A DNA stretch of 48,079 nucleotides from Clostridiaceae bacterium (lineage in GTDB: Bacteria; Bacillota; Clostridia; Clostridiales; Clostridiaceae). The stretch spans positions 9,473-57,551 of the forward strand of contig JASDTM010000116.1 in the NCBI GenBank assembly GCA_041891535.1. Direction: 5' to 3'. The position numbers and the translations under genes were made by a program. This document shows positions 28,410-38,780 of the stretch, piece after piece. Position 1 is the first letter of the stretch, and every line of letters begins with the position of its first letter. A model generated the notes under the pieces. The model did no database searches, was not told the origin of the DNA, and worked only from the letters and a program-made list of their open reading frames with translations.

Positions 28410-29738
28410 GTGTTAGAGGGAAAGATTTCCAAATCCATTATTTTATTTGCATTACCCATATTTCTGGGGAATTTATTCCAACAGCTTTATAATGTTGTGG
28501 ATTCACTTGTTGTAGGAAATGTCCTGGGTGATACAGCGCTTGCTGCCGTAACCTCCACAGGGAGTCTCATATTTCTTATGGTCGGGTTCATACACGGTAT
28601 CTTTGTGGGATCGGGAGTTACTATAGCAAATTACTTCGGAGCCAAAAACCATAAGAAGCTAACAACTGCTGTCCATACCACTCTTGCCTTTGCATTTTTG
28701 ACCGGCCTGATTCTTACAGTTGTAGGAGTCGGACTGACTCCTTGGGCTCTTAAAATGATGGCTGTTCCTGACAATGTTTTTCCCGCTGCTTCAGAGTATC
28801 TCCGTATTTATTTTTTAGGCGGTATTCCCATTGTTCTTTATAATGCCTGTGTCGGTATATTCCAGGCAGTGGGAGACAGCAAAAGACCTCTATATTATCT
28901 TATAGCGGCTGCAGTTCTTAATGTAGTTCTGGATATATTGTTCGTAGCCTTTTTAAATTTAGGTGTGGGTGGTGCAGCATGGGCCACTGTCCTTTCTCAG
29001 CTTCTGAGCGCTGTCCTTGCTTTCTTTAAACTTACCCGTGTTGACGGGGTATACAAAGTTGATATCAAGAAGATAGGCTTTAATATTCCCATGCTGAAAA
29101 AGCTGCTTAGGATGGGCATTCCCTCCGGAGTTCAGAACTCGGTTGTTGGCTTTGCAAATGTAATAGTCCAGTCAAACATAAATGTCTTCGGATCAATTGC
29201 AATGGCAGGAAGCGGAAGCTACACCAAGCTTGAAGGCTTTGCGTTCCTTCCCATTACGAGCTTCAGCCTGGCGCTGACTACCTTCATCGGTCAGAATTTA
29301 GGTGCAAAGCAATACGACAGGGCGAAAAAAGGTGCCGGGTTCGGAATGATTTCAGGAGTAATTCTGTCGGAGGTCATCGGAATAGTCATTTTTGTTTTTG
29401 CTCCGGTATTTATACGCTTCTTCAATGACAATCCGGATGTTATAGCCACAGGTACTGAAAGAGCCAGGATCATTTCCTTGTTCTTTTTCCTCCTGGCCTT
29501 CTCACATCTTATTTCAGGTGTATTAAGAGGAGCAGGCAGAACCAAAATACCTATGATCGTCATGCTTATGAGCTGGTGTATCATCAGGATTGCCTATATC
29601 ACCATAACCTTGAGGTTCATACCCGATATCAGAGTTGTATTCTGGGCTTATCCTTTGACTTGGACTCTAAGCAGTATCGCCTTCATATGGTACTTTAAAA
29701 CTTCAAATATTTTCAGGGTTAAGGATTCTGTTACTTAA
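28410..29738 (+). CDS. MATE family efflux transporter
   Basis: FALPIFLGNLFQQLYNVVDSLVVG, GDSKRPL, NVVLDILFV..GAAWAT, GQNLGA. Confidence 0.92.
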   Translation: MLEGKISKSIILFALPIFLGNLFQQLYNVVDSLVVGNVLGDTALAAVTSTGSLIFLMVGFIHGIFVGSGVTIANYFGAKNHKKLTTAVHTTLAFAFLTGLILTVVGVGLTPWALKMMAVPDNVFPAASEYLRIYFLGGIPIVLYNACVGIFQAVGDSKRPLYYLIAAAVLNVVLDILFVAFLNLGVGGAAWATVLSQLLSAVLAFFKLTRVDGVYKVDIKKIGFNIPMLKKLLRMGIPSGVQNSVVGFANVIVQSNINVFGSIAMAGSGSYTKLEGFAFLPITSFSLALTTFIGQNLGAKQYDRAKKGAGFGMISGVILSEVIGIVIFVFAPVFIRFFNDNPDVIATGTERARIISLFFFLLAFSHLISGVLRGAGRTKIPMIVMLMSWCIIRIAYITITLRFIPDIRVVFWAYPLTWTLSSIAFIWYFKTSNIFRVKDSVT

Positions 29739-29788
29739 GAGATATAAAGTTAATTTCTTTTGAAAGATAATGTAAGAAAAAGTTTTTT

Positions 29789-29821
29789 GAGTTGATATGT
29801 AGATAGTATCAACTCCTTTTT
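29789..29821 (+). terminator. Terminator after MATE
   Basis: GAGTTGATA..TATCAACTC followed by CTTTTT. Confidence 0.7.
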
Positions 29822-29918
29822 ATTTGATTGAAAACAGGCATTGAATTTGTAAATAATCAATTATATTCGCATATTGGATTAAAATATATAAATAGTAATA
29901 AAATAAAGAACAATAAAG

Positions 29919-29951
29919 AATATTCAGAAAATATCGAATATGCTGAAATTC
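29919..29951. promoter_or_regulatory. Tandem CodY-box-like sites
   Basis: AATATTCAGAAAATA (2 mismatches to AATTTTCWGAAAATT) and AATATGCTGAAATTC (4 mismatches). Confidence 0.5.
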
Positions 29952-30018
29952 ATTGAAATATGATCTTTGAGGTGTTAGGATAAGCTTGAGATTTAAAAGA
30001 AAAAGAGAGGGAATCTAG

Positions 30019-31122
30019 ATGAAAAAGGGATTAATATCTGCAGTTCTCGCAACGGGAATGATGTTGACCTTGGCGAGCTGTAGCACACCGCAGACACCGG
30101 GTACTGCTGCAGGAACTCAAAATACAACTTCCGCAGCAGGCACTACAGCTCCGGCAACTGATTCAGAGAAGCCAAAGCTGTCAGGAACAATGAAAGTAGT
30201 GGCAACCAGTGAAGACTATGTCAAGCTTTTTGAAGACTTTACAAAGGAAACGGGAGTAAAGGTTGAACTTCTGTCCATGTCATCAGGTGAGGTTTTATCA
30301 AAGCTTAGGGCAGAAGGTGGATCACCGACGGCTGACCTATGGTTCGGCGGCGGTATAGATGCATTTATGAGTGCTAAAGAGGACAACCTTCTTGAAAAAG
30401 TAACCTTTGATGCCACAAAAGATATTTCACCGGATTTCTTAGACAAGGATGGTTATTGGTTCTCCAAGGGAATTACAATTGTCGGATTCCTTGTTAATGA
30501 CAAGCTGTTGAATGAAATGAAATTGGAAGCACCTAAAACCTGGAAAGACTTGCTCGATGAAAAATACAAAGACGAAGTTATAATGTCAAACCCTGCGGTT
30601 TCAGGAACTAACTACGCCGTTGTCAATGCCGTTCTTCAAACATTGGGTGAGGAAGAAGGGTGGAAGTATTTTGAAGGATTGAACAACAATATTGCCTACT
30701 ACGGAAAGAGAGGTTCCGACCCTTTAAACAAAACCATCTCAGATGAGTTTGCAGTGGGTATCTCATATATCGACAGAGGGGTTGAAGCTCTGACAAAAGA
30801 ACATGAGGTTTCCATCGTATATCCTACAGACGGTATTCCGTGGGTACCTGAAGGGGTGGCTGTATTTAAAAATTCAGACAATGTAGAAGCTGCCAAGTAC
30901 TTTGTAGAGTGGTTGTTCAGCAACGACGACAATTTAAGAAAGCTTGCCGAAATTGATAAGAAGGATGGTATTAAAATAATAAAGCCATCTATAGAAGGGA
31001 TTAATGTTGGATTTGACAAGAATATCCTGATGACGGAAGACTTGTCGAAATTTGGTTCCCAGCGTAAAACCATATTAGAGCGCTTTGAAACGTTGATGGG
31101 TGAAAAAGCAAAAAATGACTAA
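30019..31122 (+). CDS. ABC substrate-binding lipoprotein (FbpA/AfuA-like)
   Basis: Lipobox LASC; MSSGE, ADLWFGG, PKTWKDLL, MSNPAVSGT, VYPTDG. Confidence 0.85.
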   Translation: MKKGLISAVLATGMMLTLASCSTPQTPGTAAGTQNTTSAAGTTAPATDSEKPKLSGTMKVVATSEDYVKLFEDFTKETGVKVELLSMSSGEVLSKLRAEGGSPTADLWFGGGIDAFMSAKEDNLLEKVTFDATKDISPDFLDKDGYWFSKGITIVGFLVNDKLLNEMKLEAPKTWKDLLDEKYKDEVIMSNPAVSGTNYAVVNAVLQTLGEEEGWKYFEGLNNNIAYYGKRGSDPLNKTISDEFAVGISYIDRGVEALTKEHEVSIVYPTDGIPWVPEGVAVFKNSDNVEAAKYFVEWLFSNDDNLRKLAEIDKKDGIKIIKPSIEGINVGFDKNILMTEDLSKFGSQRKTILERFETLMGEKAKND

Positions 31123-32812
31123 AAATGTAAGGACGGAATATTCTAAAAGGGCATCAACTGATGCCCTTTCCGTGATTAATTCAAAATTCGGAGAGAAATT
31201 CATTTACCTGTTATTGGTTGGCTCCGTAATGTTGTTTATTTTATTCCCCATGATAAAACTATTCACTCAAAGCATATTGGGTGAAGACGGCTCATTGACA
31301 ACATCCTATTATACTCAGGTATGGAATCAATACAGCGTTTCTTTGAAGAACAGTATTTTTGTAGCTGTTCTAACAGCTTTATTAAGTACCTTTCTGTCCC
31401 TAGGGGTGGCATTTATTCTTGCTATTTCAAAGGGGTGGATCAGAAGATCAATAATGGGGATGGTGTTGGTTGCAATGGTTTCACCGCCGTTTGTATCATC
31501 CCTTGCCTATATTCAGCTCTACGGTAAAAGAGGATTGATCACCCACGGACTTTTGGGATTATCATTGGACCCATATAACCAGTGGGGGATAATATTGATG
31601 CAAAGTATATCCTTCGTTGCTTTGAATGCTGTTTTTTTGGAAGGGATGCTTAAAAAGATTGATGCAAATGTAGTTAAATCTGCCCGGGATTTGGGGGCTG
31701 ATGCATCCTCTGTTATACGGGACGTAATACTACCCATGTTAAAACCGGGAATTCTGGTTTCCCTTTTATTATCCTTTATCAGATCCATGGCGGATTTCGG
31801 AACTCCAATAATTATCGGAGGACGATACAGCACACTGGCTTCTGAGGTATACCTTCAAATAGTAGGTTACTCCAGCATTGAAAAAGCTTCGGCAATGAAT
31901 ATGTTTATTTTAATCCCCTCCATTGTCGCTTTTTTTCTTTACAGGCTTTTGATGAAAAAATCCGATGATTTGATGAAAACGGGAAGAGGAAGGCAGGATC
32001 GCCTGAACATTGGAATTAAAGGTACCGGTATTTTTGGCGGAGTTTCGGTATTAATCACTTTAGTTGTATTTATAGTTATATTTTTACAATATGCCTCAAT
32101 TTTATTGAATGGCTTTTTGAAAAACGGAAGAAACGGCTACTACCTGACATTATCCAATCTGGAAAAGCTGATAGAGTTGGATGCCGCCACCATAACCAGG
32201 AGTATAGGTTATGCACTCATAGTTTCCTTTGTCGGAACTTTATTTGCCATGGTTTTCGCGTACTTCATGGACAGAAGGAAGGTGAAAGGAAGACATGTAC
32301 TGGATGGTATTGTAACTCTTCCCTATGTCATTCCGGGTATTTGCTTCGGAATTGGATACATACTTGCATTTAACAGCTGGCCTCTTAAAATCACCGGTAC
32401 AGCAGCAATAGTATTGTTGAACATGCTTTTTAAACAGCTGCCCACTACGACGAAAATATGCTCGGCGGCATTGACCCAGATACCGGAATCATTGGAGCTA
32501 GCTGCAAGGGATCTGGGAGGCAATCAAGGAGCAGTAATTAAGGATATTATCATCCCCAGTATGAAGCCTGCCTTTGTCAGCAGTTTTGTATATAACTTCT
32601 CAAGCTCCATGACTACGGCAGGTGCAATATTGTTTTTGGTAAGTCCCAGTCGGAAACTGGCAGTTTTCAAGCTTTTCGATTCGGTTTACAGGGGGGAATA
32701 TGCAATGGCATCCCTACTGGCGACTGTGATAATTTTAATTGTCCTTGCTGTTGAAGCAGGAGTCTATTCTATTTGGGGAAGTGAGGTTGGTATAAATGTT
32801 TTTAGAAATTAA
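31115..32812 (+). CDS. ABC permease with two fused domains (FbpB/AfuB-like)
   Basis: Two EAA-like loops (KSARDLGA, ELAARDLGG); ADFGTP. Start may be GTG 31100. Confidence 0.88.
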   Translation: MTKNVRTEYSKRASTDALSVINSKFGEKFIYLLLVGSVMLFILFPMIKLFTQSILGEDGSLTTSYYTQVWNQYSVSLKNSIFVAVLTALLSTFLSLGVAFILAISKGWIRRSIMGMVLVAMVSPPFVSSLAYIQLYGKRGLITHGLLGLSLDPYNQWGIILMQSISFVALNAVFLEGMLKKIDANVVKSARDLGADASSVIRDVILPMLKPGILVSLLLSFIRSMADFGTPIIIGGRYSTLASEVYLQIVGYSSIEKASAMNMFILIPSIVAFFLYRLLMKKSDDLMKTGRGRQDRLNIGIKGTGIFGGVSVLITLVVFIVIFLQYASILLNGFLKNGRNGYYLTLSNLEKLIELDAATITRSIGYALIVSFVGTLFAMVFAYFMDRRKVKGRHVLDGIVTLPYVIPGICFGIGYILAFNSWPLKITGTAAIVLLNMLFKQLPTTTKICSAALTQIPESLELAARDLGGNQGAVIKDIIIPSMKPAFVSSFVYNFSSSMTTAGAILFLVSPSRKLAVFKLFDSVYRGEYAMASLLATVIILIVLAVEAGVYSIWGSEVGINVFRN

Positions 32813-33566
32813 GAACCTTACAAAAAAATTTGATGAAAAGACTGTAGTTGATCATCTCGATCTGAATATAGAAAAAGGTGAGCTGGTATGTATACTTGGC
32901 GCTTCAGGATGCGGTAAAACCACTACTCTTAACATGGTGGGGGGATTTATCGAGCCTGATTACGGAAATATATTTCTGGATGGCGAAGAAATAACAAATT
33001 TCCCTCCCGAAATCAGGCCTGTCAGCACGGTGTTTCAAGCTTACAGTCTATTTCCCCATATGTCAGTCATTCAAAATGTGATATACGGTTTGAAGTTCAA
33101 GAAGATTTCAAAAGCAGAATCTATTGAAAAAGGTAAGAAGTTTCTGGAGCTGGTGGGCTTAAGCGATCATATTGATAAAAGAATCCATGAATTAAGCGGG
33201 GGACAGCAGCAAAGGGTTGCTCTTGCAAGAGCCCTCATTGTGGAGCCAAAGGTTTGTCTTCTTGATGAGCCATTTTCGAATCTTGATGCATCCTTAAGGA
33301 TAAAGCTGAGGAGTGAGCTTAAAAGGATTCAGAAGGAGCTTGGTACCACAATGGTGTTTGTAACTCATGACCAGGAAGAAGCCTTGGTTATAGCAGACCG
33401 AATAGCAATAATGGATAAGGGGAAATTAATAACCTTTGATACACCGGATAATATTTTAAAATCTCCGGCAAGCGGGTTTGTTTCCGAGTTTTTGAGAATG
33501 GATGAACTAAGATGGGGCGAATCAGGGGAACTGTTAAGACTTGTTAAAAAGGAAGGAGGTAAATAG
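32796..33566 (+). CDS. ABC ATPase (FbpC/PotA-like, short)
   Basis: GASGCGKT, LSGGQQQRVALARAL, LLDEPFSNLD, VTHDQEEA. Confidence 0.9.
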   Translation: MFLEIKNLTKKFDEKTVVDHLDLNIEKGELVCILGASGCGKTTTLNMVGGFIEPDYGNIFLDGEEITNFPPEIRPVSTVFQAYSLFPHMSVIQNVIYGLKFKKISKAESIEKGKKFLELVGLSDHIDKRIHELSGGQQQRVALARALIVEPKVCLLDEPFSNLDASLRIKLRSELKRIQKELGTTMVFVTHDQEEALVIADRIAIMDKGKLITFDTPDNILKSPASGFVSEFLRMDELRWGESGELLRLVKKEGGK

Positions 33567-33568
33567 AA

Positions 33569-34195
33569 TTGTTGGTAGATATGCATTTACATGAAAGCAC
33601 ACATTCAAAAGATAGTTTTATTACTCTGGACCAAATTGTAAGACGTGCTAAATACAGAGGCCTGGACGCCGTGTGTATAACCGATCATGACAGCATGGGC
33701 CTGAAGGAGCAAGCTGAGGAATACTCAAGAAAGACAGGATTTCCTATTTTTGTAGGAGTTGAATACTACTCTCTTAAAGGAGACATTACCGCATGGGGTA
33801 TAGATACATTTCCAAAGGAAAGGATTGATCCCCAGAAATTTATAGATTTTGTACATTTTTCAGGTGGTTTTACAGTATCCTGTCATCCTTTCAGGAATAA
33901 TAACAGGGGATTGGAACACAACTTACTGAATATTAAAAACCTGAACGGGATAGAAGTCTTAAACGGAAGTACTACCTTAACTGCCAACAGACAGGCTTTG
34001 GCATACTGCAGAGAGCTCGGATTAAAGCCCATAGGGGCCAGTGACAGCCACAGAATGCATCAGATCGGGAAATATGTAACCTGGTTGCCTGAAATGGTCA
34101 ACAACCTGAAAGACTTCGTTTCCCAGCTGAGGGAAAGGCCTACTCTGCCTGCAGTCTGGAACGGGATACATTACGACGTAATTGAAGTATTTTGA
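33569..34195 (+). CDS. PHP domain metal-dependent phosphoesterase
   Basis: DMHLH..SKDS, ITDHD, GVEY, CHPF, GASDSH. Confidence 0.87.
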   Translation: MLVDMHLHESTHSKDSFITLDQIVRRAKYRGLDAVCITDHDSMGLKEQAEEYSRKTGFPIFVGVEYYSLKGDITAWGIDTFPKERIDPQKFIDFVHFSGGFTVSCHPFRNNNRGLEHNLLNIKNLNGIEVLNGSTTLTANRQALAYCRELGLKPIGASDSHRMHQIGKYVTWLPEMVNNLKDFVSQLRERPTLPAVWNGIHYDVIEVF

Positions 34196-34266
34196 TGCTT
34201 CTGCCGTTAACTAAAAACATTTGAAAAAACATATCGGAATAAAAACAATTGAATAAAAACAGAAAA

Positions 34267-34302
34267 TCTCCCTGTTAACCTAAATTTTGGTTAACAGGGA
34301 GA
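34267..34302. terminator. Terminator hairpin between convergent genes
   Basis: TCTCCCTGTTAACC-TAAATTTT-GGTTAACAGGGAGA. Confidence 0.75.
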
Positions 34303-34389
34303 AAGCTTTATCCCATACTAAATAGTTTATATTGGATATATTGGGTTTCAAATAACCCTGATCTGAAGAGCAGGTGTTACTATATTGGA

Positions 34390-34791
34390 CTACCCAATGT
34401 TTTGACTGTTTCTGTCAAAGTCCAAATACCTCGTTCCTTGGAAGGTTAAATCCCCTGTGTCATCTTCTGCAAGCATGCCATATTCTGAGCCCGATACAAG
34501 GAATTCAATACGTTCTCCGTTTTCATCCTCAAAAGTAACATAGTAGGAGGTTGACCTGTGCTGCTGTCTTCTTCTGTCTTCCGATCTTTTGGAAACTAAA
34601 GTGACAGGCATAGTGGCAATAGGAGAGTTATTGTTGCGGGTCCATTGAACAAGAGCTTTGATTCCTACCACAGTTATGATTGAAATTAATAATATTCCTA
34701 CAAGTGATTGCATTGTCAGAATAAATTTCAAATTTCCGTCCATAGGCCGGTCCATAAATGGGAAGAAACGTATAGGTTGCATCAGATACAT
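34390..34791 (-). CDS. DUF2500-like small membrane protein
   Basis: One TM segment, then QWTRNNNSP..VSKR..YYVTFE..EFLVSGSEYGMLAE.D.G.LTFQGTRYL; AGGAGG SD. Confidence 0.8.
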   Translation of the reverse strand: MYLMQPIRFFPFMDRPMDGNLKFILTMQSLVGILLISIITVVGIKALVQWTRNNNSPIATMPVTLVSKRSEDRRRQQHRSTSYYVTFEDENGERIEFLVSGSEYGMLAEDDTGDLTFQGTRYLDFDRNSQNIG

Positions 34792-34828
34792 TCTCTACCT
34801 CCTTTTAACAAAATTAAAGTTGACTACA

Positions 34829-36847
34829 TTATTTCACAGTCTTTTCTACATGTTTTTCAAACCAATCTGTTATTTCAGTAAGTCTTCTTACTCTATGCTT
34901 TGGTTTACCGCTTCTTGAAAGCTCATGCGTTTCTCCGTGGAACAGGCAAAGCCTGGCTTCCACACCGTGGTACTTCAGTGCTGTGAACATCTGATATGCT
35001 TCAGGGGTCCAGCAGCGATAATCTGCGTCCGAATGTATGAACAGTGTAGGTGTTACTACCTTATCAGCATATTTCAAAGGAGACTGCTCCCACATTCTTT
35101 CATGGTCAGACCAAGGCGTAAAGCCCGTCTGGTCATCTGCAAAGTAATAACCGATATCCGAGGTGCCAAAGAAGGAAATCCAGTTGGATATGCTTCTTTG
35201 TGATGCAGCTGCTTTAAACTGAGTGTTATGTCCTATTATCCAGTTGGTCATGAAACCGCCGTAGGAACCACCGGTGACACACAGGTTTTTGACATCTATA
35301 TCTGGATAGGTATCCAAAACCTTGTCTGTAAAATCCATTAAATTGTCGTAATCTACCGTACCGTATCTTCCTCTGATATCTGCAAATTCATTTCCCTTAC
35401 CATCAGATCCCTTTGGATTACAGAAGAATACGAAATATCCCTTGTTTGCCCAGATTTGCATTTCATGGACAAAAACATTGCCGTAAGCTGTTTTGGGACC
35501 GCCGTGAACCACAAGTATTCCCGGGTACTTTGTCCCTTTTTTGTATCCCACCGGCTTTAACACAAAGCCTTTAATGATATCATCGCCTTCACCCTGACAT
35601 CTTAAAACCTCAGATTTGGATACAGATCTGGATTTTAAATAATCATCATTGAAGCCTGTCAGCTTTTTACCCTTAAGACCGGTAACCGCATAAAGCTCCT
35701 GAAGAGAGTCCTTCTTCATAATTACAGCCAGGATATTGCCTTTGTTATCCACATCAAAGGCATCAACGCTGCCCTCATCCTCCACCAAAATTTCCACATT
35801 GCCCTTATAGTCCATTCTTTTTAAAAGTGCATCCGTATCGTTGGTTTCAACGTAGTATACGTGGTTTTTTGTCACCTTCAGAGACCTGCCGCCTCCATAG
35901 CGCATGTCGGAGTTTATGGATGATCCTACGGAAAAATCTTGAGTATCCGAGATTTTTACAAGTTCCCCCGACTTTAAATCAAAGGTATGGAAGGTTGCAT
36001 TCTCATTGAGTCCGAAGTGCAGATGTTCATTTATGTTTAAGAATACAAGATCATCTTTTATGAATTCTGCCTCGTATTTATAGCCTTTTCCCGTATCAAG
36101 CTTTTTAAGCTTTTTTGTTTTAATGTCCAGGAGGTGGATTTCATTGATCAGTTCTTCCTTCCCCTTATTTTCAGAAACCATGACCAAGGCTCTGTTTTTA
36201 CCCTCGTCCAGGCTGACATCCTGAACGTTTAAGTCAGATGGAGTAAGCTCCGTAATTTTGCCTGTTTTTATATCGAAGTGACAAAGAACAGACCTTTTTT
36301 TGGAGGTAAAGCCTCCCCCGTTTGACCAGAAAGGAATCTCCTCGAAAACCTCATAGTCCTTTTCTTCATCTTTTTTTGCCTGTTCATCCGCTTTTGCGCT
36401 GTCCTTAAGCTTGTACATGGGTTTTTCGCCTGCTCTGAGGCTGTGGGTGAAGAGTAGTGAGGTTTCATCAATGAACCAAAAGGCTTCGACTGAAGCAGGT
36501 ATTTCGAAAATCTTTTCTGCTTCGCCTCCGTTTATATTTATCTTCCAGAAAGGAGTAAACTCCTCTTTCTCTCTTTTTTCATCGTTTTTATTTTTTCTGT
36601 TGGTAAAAACAATGTTCTCATTGTCCATCCATTTAAATGAGCCCTCTTTACCGCCTGAGGTCAGCTTTCTCTCTTTTTTGGTTTTCATGTCCATGATATG
36701 GATATGGGATATATACTCATTGTTTTTTATATCTGCTTTTGATCTTACAAAGGCAGAAAAGGAGCCATCCTTGTTGAAGTCAGGATTTGACAGGAAGGAG
36801 ATTTGATCCAAGTCGTTAATCTCGATCTTTGATTTTTCGTTCTTCAT
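34829..36847 (-). CDS. S9 family peptidase (acylaminoacyl/prolyl oligopeptidase-like)
   Basis: VHGGP, GGSYGG nucleophile, DYRC (Asp), ETHELSRSG (His); propeller-length N terminus. Confidence 0.92.
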   Translation of the reverse strand: MKNEKSKIEINDLDQISFLSNPDFNKDGSFSAFVRSKADIKNNEYISHIHIMDMKTKKERKLTSGGKEGSFKWMDNENIVFTNRKNKNDEKREKEEFTPFWKININGGEAEKIFEIPASVEAFWFIDETSLLFTHSLRAGEKPMYKLKDSAKADEQAKKDEEKDYEVFEEIPFWSNGGGFTSKKRSVLCHFDIKTGKITELTPSDLNVQDVSLDEGKNRALVMVSENKGKEELINEIHLLDIKTKKLKKLDTGKGYKYEAEFIKDDLVFLNINEHLHFGLNENATFHTFDLKSGELVKISDTQDFSVGSSINSDMRYGGGRSLKVTKNHVYYVETNDTDALLKRMDYKGNVEILVEDEGSVDAFDVDNKGNILAVIMKKDSLQELYAVTGLKGKKLTGFNDDYLKSRSVSKSEVLRCQGEGDDIIKGFVLKPVGYKKGTKYPGILVVHGGPKTAYGNVFVHEMQIWANKGYFVFFCNPKGSDGKGNEFADIRGRYGTVDYDNLMDFTDKVLDTYPDIDVKNLCVTGGSYGGFMTNWIIGHNTQFKAAASQRSISNWISFFGTSDIGYYFADDQTGFTPWSDHERMWEQSPLKYADKVVTPTLFIHSDADYRCWTPEAYQMFTALKYHGVEARLCLFHGETHELSRSGKPKHRVRRLTEITDWFEKHVEKTVK

Positions 36848-37065
36848 TATTTTCCTCCAAGATGTGAAGCGGATGCTTCCATAGACTTTATACTTTAATT
36901 ATAACTGAGTATCAGTCCCTTGGCAGATAAAACAAACAATGTTTATAAATAGAAAATCAAAAGTAAATAATTATATATATTCAAATTGAAAACTGACTTT
37001 TGGGGTATAGTAAAAGTATGTTGATAAACAAGAACAAAACTATAAATTACAACGGCGGTGAGAAA

Positions 37066-37929
37066 ATGAAAATCGATAAATACAGAGTGGACTCCAAGGA
37101 TTTTAAACTTAAGAAGTACGAAACCAATGATTCCGGAGATTTTAAATCAAAGGATGAGGCAGCCGATGATATGGAGAAGAACATTCAAAAGATGGCGGTG
37201 TTGCAGGATAAGCTATATGCCTCCAATGAGTTCTCCTTGTTAATCATAATCCAGGCCATGGATGCTGCAGGCAAGGACGGCGCTATAAAGCATGTCATGA
37301 GCGGAATCAATCCTCAGGGAACCCAGGTAGTGAGCTTTAAGCAGCCTTCCTCTGAAGAGCTTGACCATGATTATCTTTGGAGGATAAATAAGAACCTGCC
37401 TGAAAGAGGAAGAATAGGTATCTTCAACAGATCCCATTATGAGGATGTGCTTGTCGTCAGGGTACACAACCTGGTACACGGTTCACAGGTTCCTTCCGTG
37501 ATGATAAATGATGATATTTGGGAAGAGCGCTTTGAAGATATCAGAAACTTCGAAAAATATCTATTCAGAAACGGTATTATCCCTATAAAGCTTTTTTTGA
37601 ATGTTTCAAAGGATGAGCAAAAAAAGAGATTCTTGGACAGGATAAACGACCCTACAAAGAATTGGAAGTTCTCAGCAAGTGATGTCAAGGAAAGGGCATA
37701 CTGGAACGACTACATGAATGCCTATGAGGATGCCATTAAAAATACATCCACGAAAGAAGCACCCTGGTACGTCATACCGGCTGATAAAAAATGGTTCTCA
37801 AGATATCTTATTTCCGAAATTATTGTGCAGACTCTTGAAGACCTGAAGCTTGAATATCCTGTTTTAGAGGATTCAGCCAAGGCATCTCTTGAGGATGCAA
37901 AGCAGTTTTTAATGAATGAGGATAACTAA
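37066..37929 (+). CDS. ppk2: Polyphosphate kinase 2 family phosphotransferase (class III-like)
   Basis: QAMDAAGKDG, FKQPS.EE..HDYLWR, FNRSHYE, WKFS..D, APWYVIPAD. Start revised to ATG 37066. Confidence 0.92.
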   Translation: MKIDKYRVDSKDFKLKKYETNDSGDFKSKDEAADDMEKNIQKMAVLQDKLYASNEFSLLIIIQAMDAAGKDGAIKHVMSGINPQGTQVVSFKQPSSEELDHDYLWRINKNLPERGRIGIFNRSHYEDVLVVRVHNLVHGSQVPSVMINDDIWEERFEDIRNFEKYLFRNGIIPIKLFLNVSKDEQKKRFLDRINDPTKNWKFSASDVKERAYWNDYMNAYEDAIKNTSTKEAPWYVIPADKKWFSRYLISEIIVQTLEDLKLEYPVLEDSAKASLEDAKQFLMNEDN

Positions 37930-37934
37930 ATCCT

Positions 37935-38747
37935 ATGTCAAAATTTAAGCTTGTTGCCTTGGACATGGACGGAACCTTGACCAATGATGAAAAACTCATC
38001 ACTCCGAAGACCAAGGCAGCGTTAATAGAAATACAGAAACAGGGTGCCGTTGTTGTACTGGCATCGGGAAGGCCCACAACGGGGCTTTATGAGGAAGCCG
38101 CAGAGCTGAGACTTCATGAATTCGGAGGCTATCTTCTGTCCTATAACGGAGCGAGAATATCCAAGGCAGTTGACAGGGCTGTTATCCATGAGGACAGATT
38201 GCCGAGACATATGATACCGGGACTTGTGGAGCATGTATCAAAATTTCCCGTATCAATGATTTTTGACGACGGGGTAAGTCTTTATACCACAAACAGGGAT
38301 GGATATGCCGTATCCGTTGAAAGCAGGATAACTCATCTTGATATAGTTGAGATAACAAATTTAAACAAGGTATATGAGGTGGCACCTGTAAAGCTTCTGA
38401 TGTCAGCTGAGCCATCTGTTTTAAGGGGAATAGAAAAAGAAATAGGGGCACCGTTTCCTGAACTGGAATTTGTAAGATCGGCTCCGTTTTTTCTTGAAGC
38501 GGTGAATAAGGGAGTTTCAAAGGGAGCGGCTCTAAAGCTTCTGGCGGAAAGTCTCGGAATTAAAAGAGAAGAAATCATGGCTTTCGGTGATGAACATAAT
38601 GATATCCCCATGCTGGAGTATGCAGGATTGGGAGTAGGTATGGAAAACGCCTGCGATGAGATATTGGAAATGTGCGATGTGGTGACCTTAAGCAACAATA
38701 ATGACGGGGTTGCACATATACTTGCAATGTATTTTGAAAATATTTAG
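37935..38747 (+). CDS. Cof-type HAD-IIB hydrolase
   Basis: LDMDGTL, LASGR, YNGA, VSKG, FGDEHNDIPML. Confidence 0.92.
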   Translation: MSKFKLVALDMDGTLTNDEKLITPKTKAALIEIQKQGAVVVLASGRPTTGLYEEAAELRLHEFGGYLLSYNGARISKAVDRAVIHEDRLPRHMIPGLVEHVSKFPVSMIFDDGVSLYTTNRDGYAVSVESRITHLDIVEITNLNKVYEVAPVKLLMSAEPSVLRGIEKEIGAPFPELEFVRSAPFFLEAVNKGVSKGAALKLLAESLGIKREEIMAFGDEHNDIPMLEYAGLGVGMENACDEILEMCDVVTLSNNNDGVAHILAMYFENI

Positions 38748-38780
38748 CAGATAAATTCAGGGATAATCGGAGGATAATAG

